DNA of 63,843 bases, filler included, from 17 parts of 17 records of this genome joined end to end with filler, not necessarily neighbours in it; one strand, 5' to 3'; positions 35,591 to 49,275 are shown, counted from the first letter of the whole stretch. Notes: generated from the sequence alone by a model not told the origin. Numbers and translations: made by a program.

Positions 35591-37247
35591 TGAGTATTCC
35601 TACTCAGAGAAGATAGATCATAGCTTTGTACTTGTCAAACGGTCCTTACGACAGGATTTATTCTTCAGGAAACCCTATAAATTGTATTTCATCTTGCCAA
35701 CCAGCTGGAGAAACGATTTTCGACACTCTATTCCTTCATCTCGGAACTTCTGTTCTTATTGTTTGTCCTTGTACTAACGTGTAAGACTCATTGATTCTTT
35801 TGCGACCTTTCATCACTGTCTCTATTCACTCCACGGCTTCCCGAGTCACTTATTCATCATTATTTGCGCAATCCTGCGAGTTTCGAGCAGGCTATATAGC
35901 AAAAGGAAATGTTCGATAAAGCCGAATCCGGCGACAGAGAAGAAAGTATTCAAGTTCAATGATTATTACGATTTACAGAGACAATATATGTACACATCGA
36001 AGAGCTCCTACGAAGAATGCGCCTACGATGGCTCNNNNNNNNNNNNNNNNNNNNNNNNNNNNNNNNNNNNNNNNNNNNTTAATTAATTAANNNNNNNNNN
36101 NNNNNNNNNNNNNNNNNNNNNNNNNNNNNNNNNNCGGCCCGATCGAGATGGCTGGACGGAGAGTGGAGAGGGGGGGAATAGGTAGCTCGCATCACATTGG
36201 TGAGAATTGTTGGTTGGAACGGGGTGTCAAACGACCAGCGATTGATGTACACTCGCGTGTGCAAAATTAATTTAGGTTCACCTTTGAGGTGCAATTGTCG
36301 CGCAGACGCAGTAAATCATGTTTTATAATTGATAGGAGAAAGAAGAGGTCACGGGATTTCAGCCCCTAGGTGCGAGATGGACTCACGATCTCTTATTTTT
36401 ATAGATATGCTTTTCCATGGTACAATATCATACATTTGTTTTTCCACATCCTGGAGGGTTGGTACATATTCAGGTATTCTGATAAGATGCCAGAGTCGAA
36501 TTTCTCCTTCCTCCATCTTTCGCAGAGTCATCGCTCCAAAAAATCTGTGCTTGTCAGCTTTGATCGTGTGAATCCGGTCAAACTGCCGGGAAAACATACA
36601 GTTAGCTTACTCTGGGCAATACCAGCTGGAGCTAGGTTTTCCCCTCTTGGATGAAGTTGTTTCTTCCTTTCGACATGGCTTGAGAATATGATCTCCTCAG
36701 AATAACGAATAGAGATCAGAATTGTTGTGTCATATCTAGCAATGACTCCAATATCAGTCTCGTAAATCATATTCAGAGGGAAAGGAGACAGTTTTCCAGA
36801 AGCATTGCATCGAATACTGCCCTGCATCCGTTGTGGACACATCAATCAATCTGCATAAACGCATCTATAGACCCACTTTCTGCTTTCCCCCTCCTGATTT
36901 GAGTGCTGGTGGGTGATGCTGATGCGGATGAGACGAAGATTGTGTGGGAGCAATCCCTATCATTATCCATCATTTGTTGTTTCCCACAGTGAGCAATAAT
37001 GCGAGTGTGCACAAGCCCAGAGGGGAGAGTCGAATTATCTTCTACTGATTGAGTGAGGGTAACCCGATCAGGGACCTGTTCCTCGACGCTCGGGTGATAC
37101 GGATGGGGTGGGGGGGTGAGGGGGTGGGGGGGTAAGCCAGTCAGTGTATATGCTCTGGTGGATGTGTGGATGTGGGTAGGGTGAGTGAATCAAGGACAAT
37201 TTCTGAAACCCCCGACAGGAGAGAATGAAAAGAAAGGGGGGATTTAC

Positions 37248-38345
37248 AGTTGGAGTTTCCGGTCCATGAGAGGTTGGTGTGATTTTCCAATCCAATGCAA
37301 GCGAACCGCCATCGGGTGTTCGGAGGATTTCTCGCCGAAACTGAAAGTCAGAAAGAAAACAACAACAAAAAAGGTTGGAGAGAGAGTAAGTGCTATATTG
37401 GTCGGCCATGACAGGAAAAACTAAATAAATAATCTCATAATTCCTAAAAAAAAATCATTGCAGAAGTTGACTGGAAAGAGTGTACACAGGGGAAATGGGT
37501 ACGGACGAAAGAAGGATGCACACACAAGAAAGACAACGTCAAACGAAAAAATGAAATTCAGGCTTGAGGGAAGGGGGTCTGTGCGAATGATCCTCTGGAT
37601 TTAAAAGTGCGGGAGTTCTCATTCAGCCAGAAGCAATTTTAAAGGCATTTTTTTCTCATGTCAATTCGCCAGCGCTTAGGCGCCGAACACGAACTTGATA
37701 AGAAGACTCTCTTCTTTTATGGAGAAGTATCGAAATAAATGCAAGATTGAAAATGTTCTTGGTTGATTTCAAAGGGAGATAAGCTTGTGATTTCGCGATA
37801 TAAACATCTGCTCTATATGATCATTTATAAGTCTGTCGAATGGCATGCTGAAATCTGAAGCGGAGGTAGGGACTAGCATTCGTTTCGGACTTTGTCAGGC
37901 AATTTTTCAGAATAATAAGCTATTCCAGTTTCTTTTATATCTAAAATCCGATGCCCTATCCCCTAACCTGCTCGTTCGACAGTCTGAGGGGGAAAAAGAA
38001 AACACAAGCAAAATCGCTTGAATGGATATCCTCTTATTGTTCTCAATATTTATATGATTCTGGCTAGACGAGAGAGAATGGTTTTCCCAAATTAATACAA
38101 CCCCATACGAGGCAATATCTCCAAATACCTGAAGGAAAGGGGAGCGGCGAATCAATCCGGCTGCAATTGTTTGTGCATATCCTGTTAAATGAAACATGAG
38201 CAAAAAAATATATTTGCATGTAACGAAATGACATCGCAGACATACCACTCGAGCACCATCTTGCGACACGGAAGACCCGAAGATGTTTGCATGCACGGAG
38301 CAATTGGCGGTTGAAGCGTGAGGGGAGGCAGTAAATCTGGGACAT
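37248..38345 (-). CDS. ABHD1/2/3 (YheT/Eht1-type) alpha/beta hydrolase, 5' exons
   Basis: Spliced: FNRQLLRACKHLRVFRVARWCSSGYAQTIAAGLIRRSPFLQFRREILRTPDGGSLALDW. Confidence 0.85.
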
Positions 38346-38838
38346 TCATATGATAGCAGTAGGTGAAGCTAGTTATTTTAGAATTGCAAAAATTGCTGCG
38401 ATGAGCCGAAGTTTTCACGGAAAAGAAAATTTGAGAAATCGATCACGTCGGCACTCTCAACAGCAGGTCTTATCCAAGTCGGTAATGTTGGCTTTCTGAT
38501 CACAAGATGTGATTATATGGTGATTAAATGTAAATTATGCATCTAAGCTGTGAAGAAGAGTCAAGAGACCCGGGCGATTTTCGGTTGCGTCATACCTGCG
38601 GATGGCATGAGATTTTCGAGAAAAGCACCATGGCTCCGAGGCAGGATGATAGAAGAGTGACAAATACTATTATCAGGGAGCCACCCTCGTGAAGACTAAA
38701 GAGAAAGTATCGAAAAAAGTCGTCGATGGCCTCCTTCATGTGAGCTGGAAAAATGTGGAGTCTGCTTCCCTCCCCAGTATCGAAAACCCCTTCCGCGAGC
38801 ACCTAGAAATTCGAGAACTTTTTCCTTCCTGTCATAGA

Positions 38839-41815
38839 ATGTTCCGAGATCCATTTGGATCGCGCGAATCCTGGGAATCCATTGGACAGATCTCCACCTT
38901 TTCTGCCTTTCGTTGGCCGTCGGTCTCGCAAATGACTTCTCTGAGCTCTTCTCGACGTTTCCCTGTTCTCATGGACCGCTCTTTGGACTGTGCTGTTTCC
39001 ACGGTGACAAGCGTCACCTCAAGCGAAACTTATTGCACAATCACGTTCGGAGATCTCCAAACTTCGAGGTATTTTGTAGGAAACTCACCCTTTCATTCCA
39101 ATATACTTATTATATAATATGTAGATTCCATTTCTTCTGGCTCCGAGACAATTGTCGCTGCCCAACATGCTATCACCCTGTGACATCACAACGTCTCTAT
39201 GATACTGTGAACGTGGAAGGCGTCACTGCCCTCAGCACAGAGGTGGTGTCCGGTGCTCTTTCCGTCAGCTGGAGTGATGGTCATCAGAGCACTTACACTG
39301 GGGCTTTCCTGAGGGAGTTCGCTTATGATCTTCAGGTTCGACGGTCTCATGTCATCCATAACTAATATGTGCATGGCAATACTACAATACACTCTCATAA
39401 TCATCTCTCTGCTAGTCGACATTACAGTATCACACTCTACAACATTAGTTTTTCTGTTCTGACATTCTCTTGTTCGTCTTACAGGGCCGAAACCCTCAGA
39501 ACAAGATTGATCTTTCTCTTTGGTCTGGGGATGATATGCGAGCGGGTATCCGCAAAACCGCTTCAATCAGCTATGAAGAAGCATTGCAATCCGATGCCGG
39601 TATGCTCAAGCTGCTGGAGATTTTCCGCGAATTCGGTGTGATTTTCGTGCAGGGTGTTCCGGCTACTGCCCAAGAGACAGGTATATATGAAGCTGTTCAC
39701 CTATATGTGAGACTATTCAAATTCCACACTGAAGCTTCCCTTGGTCTGTTAGTCTGAAAAATTCATGCAGGTTTTCATGTTTTGAGATCGCGGTCGTATT
39801 GTATGGAATCTTCTTGGATGAGTCTCCTGGTCATTCTCAGTTCCTTTCGAATCATTAATTTATATCCCTCTCTTGACTACAATATTCAATCTCGAAACAG
39901 AAGTCTCTGGAACCTTTCATTGCTAATGTTCTGACCTGATTGTATTTTGGTTCCTGTGCTTTTCTCTCTATTTTTCAGAGGCTTTTGTCAAGAAGATTGG
40001 TCTCATTCGTCACACGCTGTGGGGCGGCTTCTGGGAAACCAATGTAAGCGTTTTTTCTGCTTCGTTTCAATCTTAGCTCATCAAGTTGTCTTTTCCCGCG
40101 ATTTGAAGATCATTTTTCCTTGATGAAAGTGCCCGATAGCTCGGTACGGATCGTATTTCGGCAGACATACATCTTCTCTATGAGTGATACCAAATCACAA
40201 CCCTCTTTAAAAACTAAATTCCACTCAGATTGTGTTGTATTTTTTTTTGTTGGTGGCTCTGCGGTGCCACAATTCTTCTCGGATGCGTCGTTATTCCGCG
40301 AGAATGCGGTACATACCATTGTTCTCTTATTGGTATGCTATGAACGTATTAATCTGTGAGGTTTATTGATTCAGCCCTTTGATAGTCCCATCTGTTCTTG
40401 TTATTTGTTCATTCTCACTTGGAATGGGTCTGATATCAATTAACGTGGATTCAAATTATGTGCTTTTCTCCCTCTCGTTCTGAATGATATTTGCTGAACA
40501 TCATTGATTCCCATGGCTGTGATCTCACCTCTGTCATTTCCTTAATAAACGATTTAGGTTGCGCCGCTTGACAAGGACGTTGATGACGTGACGCGCAATG
40601 ACTTGGCATACAGCACTGTGCCACTTGGCGCACACACGGATTGCACATACTTGGACTACCAGCCCGTCATCCAGATGTTCCACTCCATCTTGCCCGCTGC
40701 TGAAGGTAACGGACATGATACATCATCTAGGAGTGTAGTGAATGACAGAGAGCGAAAACAAATCGTACAAGAATATTCACATGGAGGAAGACCTCTAGTA
40801 CATTCTGTCAACCCTACCTTTCCCTGCACATTTTCCCGCATGTACTTTACTTCGTTCCTCCATCCCCCTTTCTCATCTAGCCGCATTTTTTCTTATTTCT
40901 TGTGGGTTCGAGGCCGAGCCGAAGAGCTCTACCAAAGGAAATGAATCTGATTTTCCGCATCAATAGCATGTGAGAACCGAACCGGCGTCTCTCGAAATGA
41001 CGATAGAAAACGCTAACCGAGTGGAAACATGATCCACATTTGCATACAGATGCACACACTAAACCCAAATGATCGTTCTATCCTAGAATGACATCGGTAT
41101 AGAAGTGGTTCGTCCACCGTCACACGAATCAGATAGTTGTTGGATGATAAGTAGATGTGATGAAGTAATCCTATGAGATGCTTATTAATTTCATCCAAAG
41201 AGTGTCATCCATCCTCGAGGATGTGCTGGTATTCTGTGATGATTCGGACTGCTCGATTTTTATTCATTTCCATTCCGTGCTGCATGTTTGCTGTGCTTCG
41301 TTGCTTCCCGCATTCATAGGTGGTGACAGCCTGATTGTGGATTCGTTCTGGGTCGCCGCTAAGATGAAACGGGAATATCCCAAGGTATGAAGGCCCCAGG
41401 CGAAAACTTATTCGTCCCCAGAGTGATCCGCATACAGACACTCACGAGCATATGTATACTCGGCTGAACACGCACGTACACCGTCATATGCACCAACACT
41501 CACATTGGCTTTGTCTCTAATCGCTTGATTGGGAAGAAATGAACCGAATCTCGAAGCATTGACAACCCAAGCGATCTTGAAACCCTCTGCACCACTCCTT
41601 GTTCATAAATTCCCCATCATCACTCATTGTACAGAATAATATAGCACCAAAACGTACCTCATTTACCAGTTCTTTTGTCCTATTCCTTTTTTCCGATGCA
41701 GGAATATGACATCCTGTCGACCATCGAGGTGGAAGGCCGCTTTTTAGACAATAAGCATGATCTTCGCGCGCGTCGCACCGTGTTCCGCCATGATAAGAAC
41801 GGCAGTCTCGTGCAG
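38839..41815 (+). CDS. TMLHE: Trimethyllysine dioxygenase (TMLH/BBOX family, Fe/2OG), 3' truncated
   Basis: WLRDNCRCPTCYHPVTSQR..WSDGHQS zinc domain, FGVIFVQGVP, IRHTLWGGFW, LAYSTVPLGAHTDCTY (HxD) and GGDSLIVDSF. The HTDxTY and GGFW motifs favour TMLH over BBOX. The start codon is uncertain. Confidence 0.82.
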
Positions 41816-41992
41816 GTACGGTGCCAAATGATTGTTGTTTTCTCCATGAATCTTAGTTATGGTTACATGTACAACAGCGGGACGCATGAGGCNNNNNNNN
41901 NNNNNNNNNNNNNNNNNNNNNNNNNNNNNNNNNNNNTTAATTAATTAANNNNNNNNNNNNNNNNNNNNNNNNNNNNNNNNNNNNNNNNNNNN

Positions 41993-44642
41993 CTCTTGCG
42001 AGAGTACGGGCGACTCCGCGGATAACACTATCACAATAAAGTTAGTTTTCGAATACCTCGCAAGGATAAAGAAGGACTTACCGAAGTATCCACCTTCGAA
42101 CACAAACTTGAAAAAGAGATCATTTCTTCGCTCCTAAGCCAATCATAAATGTAAGCCATGTGGAAATCGATCAGAGAGTTATGGGCTAACCTCCTGAGGA
42201 ACGCTTCGTGGATCTTCGATGGCCATCACTGCCGATGTCTCCAAATAAATATTTCCTACAAGGAGATGAGGTTAGAAGAAGTACATACGGGGAGGGGAGA
42301 GATGTCAAGTCATATACCTTCTTCTGTCGTCTGCATCTCATCTGAATAATATCGCAGGGAATCGCATTGTAGGACAAACCACATTCGCTTCCACTTCTAC
42401 AAGACAGCGTAAGATGAGTACACATAGACAGCCAATACCCACTCGAAGTTTGTTCGCTTCGGCTTTATCGCCAGATCTTCAAAGCCACCAACAATCCTAC
42501 CTTGCTATTCGGATTTTCTTTGAACAGCCATCCTTGCTTGAGAATGTGCCTTGCGTCGTCAGCATCAAGATAGTATAGGCCACCTGGGGTACTTGCAGAA
42601 GATGCCGTGACTGGGCGAATGTCAGGGTATGACTCTCCAGTCGTGAGCTGTCGATTCGGATCAAATGCAACACTAAGGGAGTTGCCGCGTTCCCGAGGGG
42701 TCTCTTCCAGGATAATCTATAATGAAATTATGAATACGAATGTATCTTGTTGATCCAAAACGCCTACCTCTCTACGTGGAGTTCTCAGTCCTGACAACAT
42801 GTGGAGGCCAGCATTAGCATTCATAGCTTGGACTTTTTCTTCCAGCAGAGCGGCCTGGAGCTGAAGGGAGGAGAGGAAAGGGAAATTGAGAAAGAGTCCG
42901 CTCATTCTTAGTAATAGTTATTTATTCATTGTTGTTTTCTGAATTCCTACCTCAAGTTCCCTCTGGCGGGTCTCAGCAGCATCAGCCCTGGCAGCCTCGA
43001 TGACCCATGCAGCATGCGCACATGATAAAGAATACTCGAGATCTTTCTGAACGGACACCGTTCGAGAATTCCCATCCTCCTTCAGGGTTTCCCACAGATG
43101 ATGGAGTGTATCAAGCACCTGAAAGTTGTACTCAGAATGTGGATATGAAGAGCAAATAGATTCTCACCTGTTGCAATGATCGATTGTTGGATATTGACAG
43201 CCGTGAGGCTCTCTGAGACGCAAAACTTGAAGAAGCTTCTGTCTTAGAGGTGGTCGTGCATTCCACGAGAGCCTTCTGTTGAGGTTGGAGTCGCCTATAA
43301 CAGAGTTAGAGAGAAATCAGATTCAACGAAGTATCATCGAACCAGCTCTTTCTTTCTTGATATTTAGTGGCGACGTACTCGAGGATATCACTATTCAACA
43401 AGCCTTGCTGGACGAGAGATATCACATGAGTTTGAAGCTGGTCGCGTATCCTTTTCTCGAATCGGAGCTTCGAGTGGGCATGAGATAGAATAGTCTCATA
43501 CTCGCGCACTGTTGAAGTAAGATGTTTGTGGTCTGATGCAAGGACAGCATACTTGGCTTTCAGCTCGATGGGATCATTCGGCAGAATTGCTGCTGCTGCG
43601 ATCATTTCACGATCAACCTCGACATCTCCGTTCGTTCCAATCTAGATTTGCACAATGATGATAGGCTTGAGGAAGGTGATCTTGGTAATGAAAGCAGCTC
43701 TAACAAACCTGTATGACTCGGACGAGCTGGTCATGATCAGCTTTAACTGTCAGGGGAATAGAGCGAGAGGTATGTGAGGCAACAGGAAAATCATAGCTGG
43801 AAAGAGCTTGAGTACGTTGTTCAAACGAAGGCAGAAGGGATGTTGTGAAGGAGTCATCGTCTTCTGAGGAAAGCGCTGTATTCACAGACAGAACTTAAGA
43901 TTCAAAGGAGATCAATGGACTATTCAAACCTTCTGCAATCGTGAGACATTCATGATATGAGAGTCGATGCTCTTTAGTTTCACTTGCAGTAGATTTAGCC
44001 GGACTTGTAGCAGGTGCTAGGTGTTGCTGCAAGACGCTTTCGGGTATATCATCAAGCGACAGATTGCTGTGTACAATGATGCGCTGTATTTCTGTTTGCC
44101 ATTTCTGATCAAGTATCTTTTATCAGCTTGCAAGTGATTTGAAAAGATAAGCTCATTCCGTGCGTACGTTTCTTGTTTCCTGATCGTAGCATCGGAAAAC
44201 GTATTTCTTGCCATTGAGTTGCTTGATGTAGAATGTCAGGTTTTCTGAAGCTCGAATCATCAGACTCGCACGTTCAAGATTCATTTGTTTCTGAAAAAGA
44301 AACAATAATTATGAGGACATGGACATGTTCAATGCAAAAAAAGATCCGTACGTCAAGCCGCCGTCCCTTCTCTAAGGTATCCAGCTTCTTATCGAATAAA
44401 TACAGGAAAGATCCGATCAATTCCGCCCTATAAGATTCCTTAGCATCAGAAATCATATCAATAATCAAAGTAGGAGTCCTCAAAAAGAAGCGAGAATCTG
44501 GAGACAAATGAAACAAATGAACCGCGCGACCAGTTTTCACCTACCAGACAGTCTCCCATGGCTCGAATCGTTTAATCCCGAGTGACTTTTTCTGAAGCCA
44601 ACCAGAAAGCACACGATGTTCAGCGCCGCCTTTGGGCTCCAT
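41993..44642 (-). CDS. PH - coiled-coil - PH protein (3' truncated)
   Basis: ATG at 44642. PH1 is VLSGWLQKKS..WETVW|AELIGSFLYLF..GKKYVFRCYDQETRN|KWQTEIQRII. Helical middle exons follow. PH2 is LKQGWLFKENPNSK|KWKRMWFVLQCDSLRYYSDE..GNIYL. Confidence 0.8.
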
Positions 44643-46464
44643 TCCTTTGAGAAAACAGAACAGAAAAACGTTGTGCGCAAGGTTGTCAAATCAATGAAGC
44701 GGGACCCTTAATACCCCCCCTATAGTCTGTAAACGTGAAAAAGGCGAAAGTTCAAAGTTCGCTACTTCGCTTCTCAGCTACTTTTCAGCCGATTTTCGCG
44801 ATTTTTCTTAGAGATTCTTACTTTTAAGCACATTTCTGACAATAGACTAGTCAAAGACCAAACTTTCTCTGCTGCTTTCAGCCGATAGGTTCAGATCACT
44901 TTCGCATGTCGGTTCTCCGTCTTTTGCCAAGAGCCTGCATCACACTATTGGATAGATCACTGATATTACTTTTTGTAGATACCAATTTTCTGCGACGCCT
45001 TAAAAGTAAGTTCGATTGGTCGCGATCTTCATCGATCTACACCATATCAAGTGAACTTGTCGTTCCTCTTGAAGATATCTTGCGATATTGATGGTTAAGT
45101 TCAATTCATTAGTGTTTGATAATGATATCTTTCATATCTTTCCGGTTCATTGAAGATGTGATCGAAGTGATCAAGTTCATGATGTGAAGCTTTTCTGGGG
45201 CACTGCTAGGATTCACTGGTTTTGAAAATTGAGCTCTCAGGACCCACTCGATTTCACCCGCGTTACCCCTTCCCAATTGTATCAACTGACTATCGATATA
45301 AGAGGAATCGGCTGTGAGTAGCGACCTCTTGAAGGAGACTCGACCATTCTCATGATCTTGAACTTTAGATATTCTTTTGCATTTTCCCTTTGTCTTAATG
45401 ATGCCATCTAGATTGTCTCAATACATGGAGCAAAAATATTTTTATCTTTTGGATCGTCTGATTGCATTCTCATGGTGAGTCTCGACATTGTGATAGATGT
45501 CGATGATCGAATTTTGAACCCCCAGGACCCACTGCGTTTTTACTGACTTAACTATCTTCTATTATACTATGCTGAATTAATATATATTTGGACTCTGGGA
45601 GTGGGTACGCATCATCTACCTTGGTTGGTTTGACAATGACATCGGAGGAGCCGATGACTAGCCCGTAGATAGAAGCTCGTAAGTGGATCGAGTGATCGAA
45701 CATCAGGAAACATCATTAGGGATCATATATATCATTGCATAGTCATATTTTTCACTGCAATAACAGAGTGTTGATAGAATAAATTTCTCGTTTCCTCCCA
45801 TTTTTCTGGCTTCACCTTCACTCTCGTCAGTGTTTCTCCAACAACTTTTCATATTTAATATCACCAGTGATCGCTGTTGAATTAATATTGAATACACTTA
45901 TCCGATATTTCAATGCTTGATGGAACCGCTTCGGTTGAAACTCGTCATTTTGTTACGACGAAATTCTTCAAAAAAGTTTCCCAGAAATCAGCATTGATGT
46001 ACAATATCCTGACTTGACAATTATTGTCACTCCCATGACCCACAAGTCTAGATATAGAATAAACCGACCACAAGGTCGCTGCATTGCATAAAACGCTACA
46101 GGGCCTTGTGAATAAGATCTGAAAAGCAAAGATCTGGTGGGCTCCACGGTTGACCCTGGTCGATGGAGTGAGACCGTTCTGAAAAGTATTTTATAACTTA
46201 TAAATGTCATAGCGGCGATCTCTCTTTATCTATGAAATAAGAAATAAANNNNNNNNNNNNNNNNNNNNNNNNNNNNNNNNNNNNNNNNNNNNTTAATTAA
46301 TTAANNNNNNNNNNNNNNNNNNNNNNNNNNNNNNNNNNNNNNNNNNNNTTTTTTTCCCCCCCCCCCCCCCCCCCCCAGCTATGACGAGTTTTGCTGCCAG
46401 TCGTGATCGACTTTTTGGTCCGCCTCCAAAATGCAAGACTACTGCTTCTCAGGATCAAGGCAGC

Positions 46465-47842
46465 CAAGAAGTTAGAATACCCCTCCTTCGCTGACGTAAA
46501 GATGTTGAAGGCGCCACTTTCAATGCACGTATTGAATACAATTATTTGACGTACATTTCTCAAGGCCTGGTCATGCATTCTGTCCTGCTTTTCCTTCAAT
46601 GCCATTGCCTTCTGCTGAGCTTTGACCTTTGCTTTGAGCAGCTTGCGTTTCATTTCCAGGATAAGTTGCCGCTCTTCCTCCTTCTTAGCGAGCAGATCAT
46701 CCACGGCCTATGCAAGAAATTGTAGAGGAACAAGAAGGGGTTGATAAATAAAGAAGAGGTTTATGAATGGTTAGGAATCCCAAGCGGTTCAATGAGGATG
46801 TCTTAGGGACCCCCCCCACTTCTCAATATTCAGAGCGAAGAGAAAAGCCACAAAAATATAGAATAAGGAATAAGTAGGAGTTATCTATATTCTATATTCT
46901 ACGAAAACAAGCAAGGTTTTCTTGCTTGCAATTTATTTCGTGACTTTCATTTCAGGATGAGCCGGAGATATATAAACACTTTAGTGCTATCAAGAGAAAC
47001 AACGTATACATCAATATCGCCATGCCAGAAAGCAGAATTATTAGCATACTATAATTCATTCATCGGCACAATTATGAAGAAAGAAAGACAAAATACCAAT
47101 GCAACCAAACATGCAAATCCTTTCTCCATACGAGCAAATTACTGATATATCTGGATAGATGACAGCGCATAAGACAAACATTTTTGCATTTACAGATTAT
47201 TGTTACTGCTCATGTCTGTCTATCTGACAGAACCATCAATGAGAATGACCCCCGAGACAAGTACCTTGACTTTTCCTTCCACCTCGACCTTCACGGCATG
47301 GTCTGGAGATGCTGCCTTTCGTACGAGAGCAGCTTCCAGTTGCCATTGCACTGCCCGAGATGTGACAAGCGCCTTCTCAAGCAAACTTTCGTAATTCCGT
47401 TCGAGGGTGGCGAGCTCAATGCTCTGCACGCCATCTCGACACAGATATCCAGAATTGAGACTGGAGTGTTGCTCTACGATAGAATTCTTATCATCAACAT
47501 GATTCTTCCTGTTTGATGAATTGGTTTGTTCCTGAAAGAAAGAGGGAAATCTCAGATTTTGGCCCAGGATTGAAAATTGTTCAGTGTGCGTCACCTGTTT
47601 CGATTTTCGACCTGATCCCAGAGCTAGCTCTCCAATACGAGCTCCAGGTATCCGTGGAGGATAGGAAAACCTCCTAAGAATGGAGAAATGGTCCAAATTA
47701 GAGGGTGGGTGAAGGGAGTGATGCATTCGGAGACGTACAAATCATTGGAATCAGTGGAAGATGGCCGGGATGATGACGATCGAGGTCGATCTGTATGTAT
47801 CTTTAAAGCCAAGGGGGGCTCTGGAGCTATCACTGTCGTCAT
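46465..47842 (-). CDS. Small coiled-coil protein of unknown function
   Basis: ATG at 47842, with GT-AG-bounded exons including LATLERNYESLLEKAL and DDLLAKKEEERQLILEMKRKLLKAK. Probable last exon RRRGILTSWLP*. Confidence 0.55.
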
Positions 47843-47925
47843 CGGTCAATCATAGGCCTCTCATTCAGTGGACGTCTCACACTCAGAAAAAAAAATCAGA
47901 TGAAAGTCAGTTACAAAACAGGACG

Positions 47926-47932
47926 TCACGTC
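47926..47932 (+). promoter_or_regulatory. Candidate TCACGTC promoter element (also at 6799-6805 on minus, 38443-38449 and 57104-57110)
   Basis: The same 7-mer lies in four of the short divergent intergenic regions. It has an ACGT core typical of bZIP/bHLH sites. Confidence 0.35.
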
Positions 47933-48059
47933 AATTGCAGAGCACATCACATCATCGTTCTCCCTTTTCTAGAAAGTTCCCTTCTTTTGAATTTCGGTTC
48001 GCAAATTCCGGGGACGCTATTCTCTTTCCTTACATCATTCTCTCGATTTATCTGTCATC

Positions 48060-49175
48060 ATGGCCTCCATTGTCTGTAACTTTTCGTTCGATCCTAAGGG
48101 ATTGAAGACCACTCCCAAGAGTGTGCGTGTTGTGGGCAATTGCGCTGCTTTGGGCAACGAGAATGATAGTAAGGGTGTGGTCCTCAAGGCGGATTCCACG
48201 GGCAAGTGGGTGGGCAAGGCCTCTATTCCTGCCGACCAGCTTGCAACACTGAAATTCCGCTTTGTTCGCCAAGATGGTGCTGAAACTATTGCCGAGTCCA
48301 AGTATCGGTCAATCGCCATCGCCGACAATACGTTTGAGGCTGCCTGGGAGGAAGGCGATTCCTTTAACTTGTTGAGCGATGTCACCGTTTCATCTCTTCA
48401 GAAGGAAAAGGAAAAATCCCTCCTTGTTGCCCGCAACATGAGTGGCAAGGTCAGGGATCTGATGGACCAGGTGAAGGCTTTTGAGGCTAAGGCGGCCAAT
48501 GGTGCTACTGCCAATGGTCATGCAACTCCTGCCAAGTCCTCCAACCTTGACGATAAGATTAAGAATCTTGAAAGCGCCTTGAAGAAGCACGAAGACGCCA
48601 ATGCCGCTCATGAGAAGAAGATCGCCGAGGATAAGAAACTCATTGAAAAGCTCCAGCAGCAAGTGAAAGAAATGGACACTAATAATGCCAACACCAAGAA
48701 GACCTCTGACACTAAGATCGTAGACTTAGAAAAGAAGGTCAAGGAACTCGATGCGGCTTTGGCTGATGCCAAGAAGTCCGCCGAGGCCACTCAGAAGAAG
48801 GCTGCTGATACCAAGGCCTCTGATGCCAAGGTTGCTGAATTAGAAAAGAAGCTTAAGGAGCTTGAGTCCTCAGTTCAGGATGCCCAGAAGAAGTCCGAGA
48901 CCTTGCAAAAGGAAAAGACTAGTATCCAGAACGAGAAGCAAGCCGCTGATTCCAAGGCCGCTGATCTTGACAAGAAGGTGAAGCAACTGGAATCCGACCT
49001 GCAGGCTGCCAAGAAGGCCTCCGAGGCCAACACCAAGGTATGTTCGGAACGAAATCCAACTCTCTCTCTCTCTCTTTCTGATCTTAATATTCATATCGAC
49101 ACCTCGCCATTGATCTAAACTCATTTCCACATATCTCTCCATTTTATTCCCGGATAGGTAAAGCGCGTGCTCGAC
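48060..49175 (+). CDS. CBM20-like (starch-binding-fold) domain plus repetitive coiled coil, 3' truncated
   Basis: SVRVVGNCAALGN..GVVL..GKWVGKASIP..LKFRFV..ESKYRSI fits the CBM20 pattern. K/E/A-rich heptads follow, with strongly biased codons. Donor at about 49038. Confidence 0.72.
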
Positions 49176-49275
49176 NNNNNNNNNNNNNNNNNNNNNNNNN
49201 NNNNNNNNNNNNNNNNNNNTTAATTAATTAANNNNNNNNNNNNNNNNNNNNNNNNNNNNNNNNNNNNNNNNNNNN

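Noticed and set aside
44707..44720. CTTAATACCCCCC shared with 56103-56115 (reverse strand) and TACCCCCC runs near 25484 and 25727 as transposon ends
   Set aside because: A low-complexity 13-nt match is expected by chance in a window this size, and the flanks do not align.
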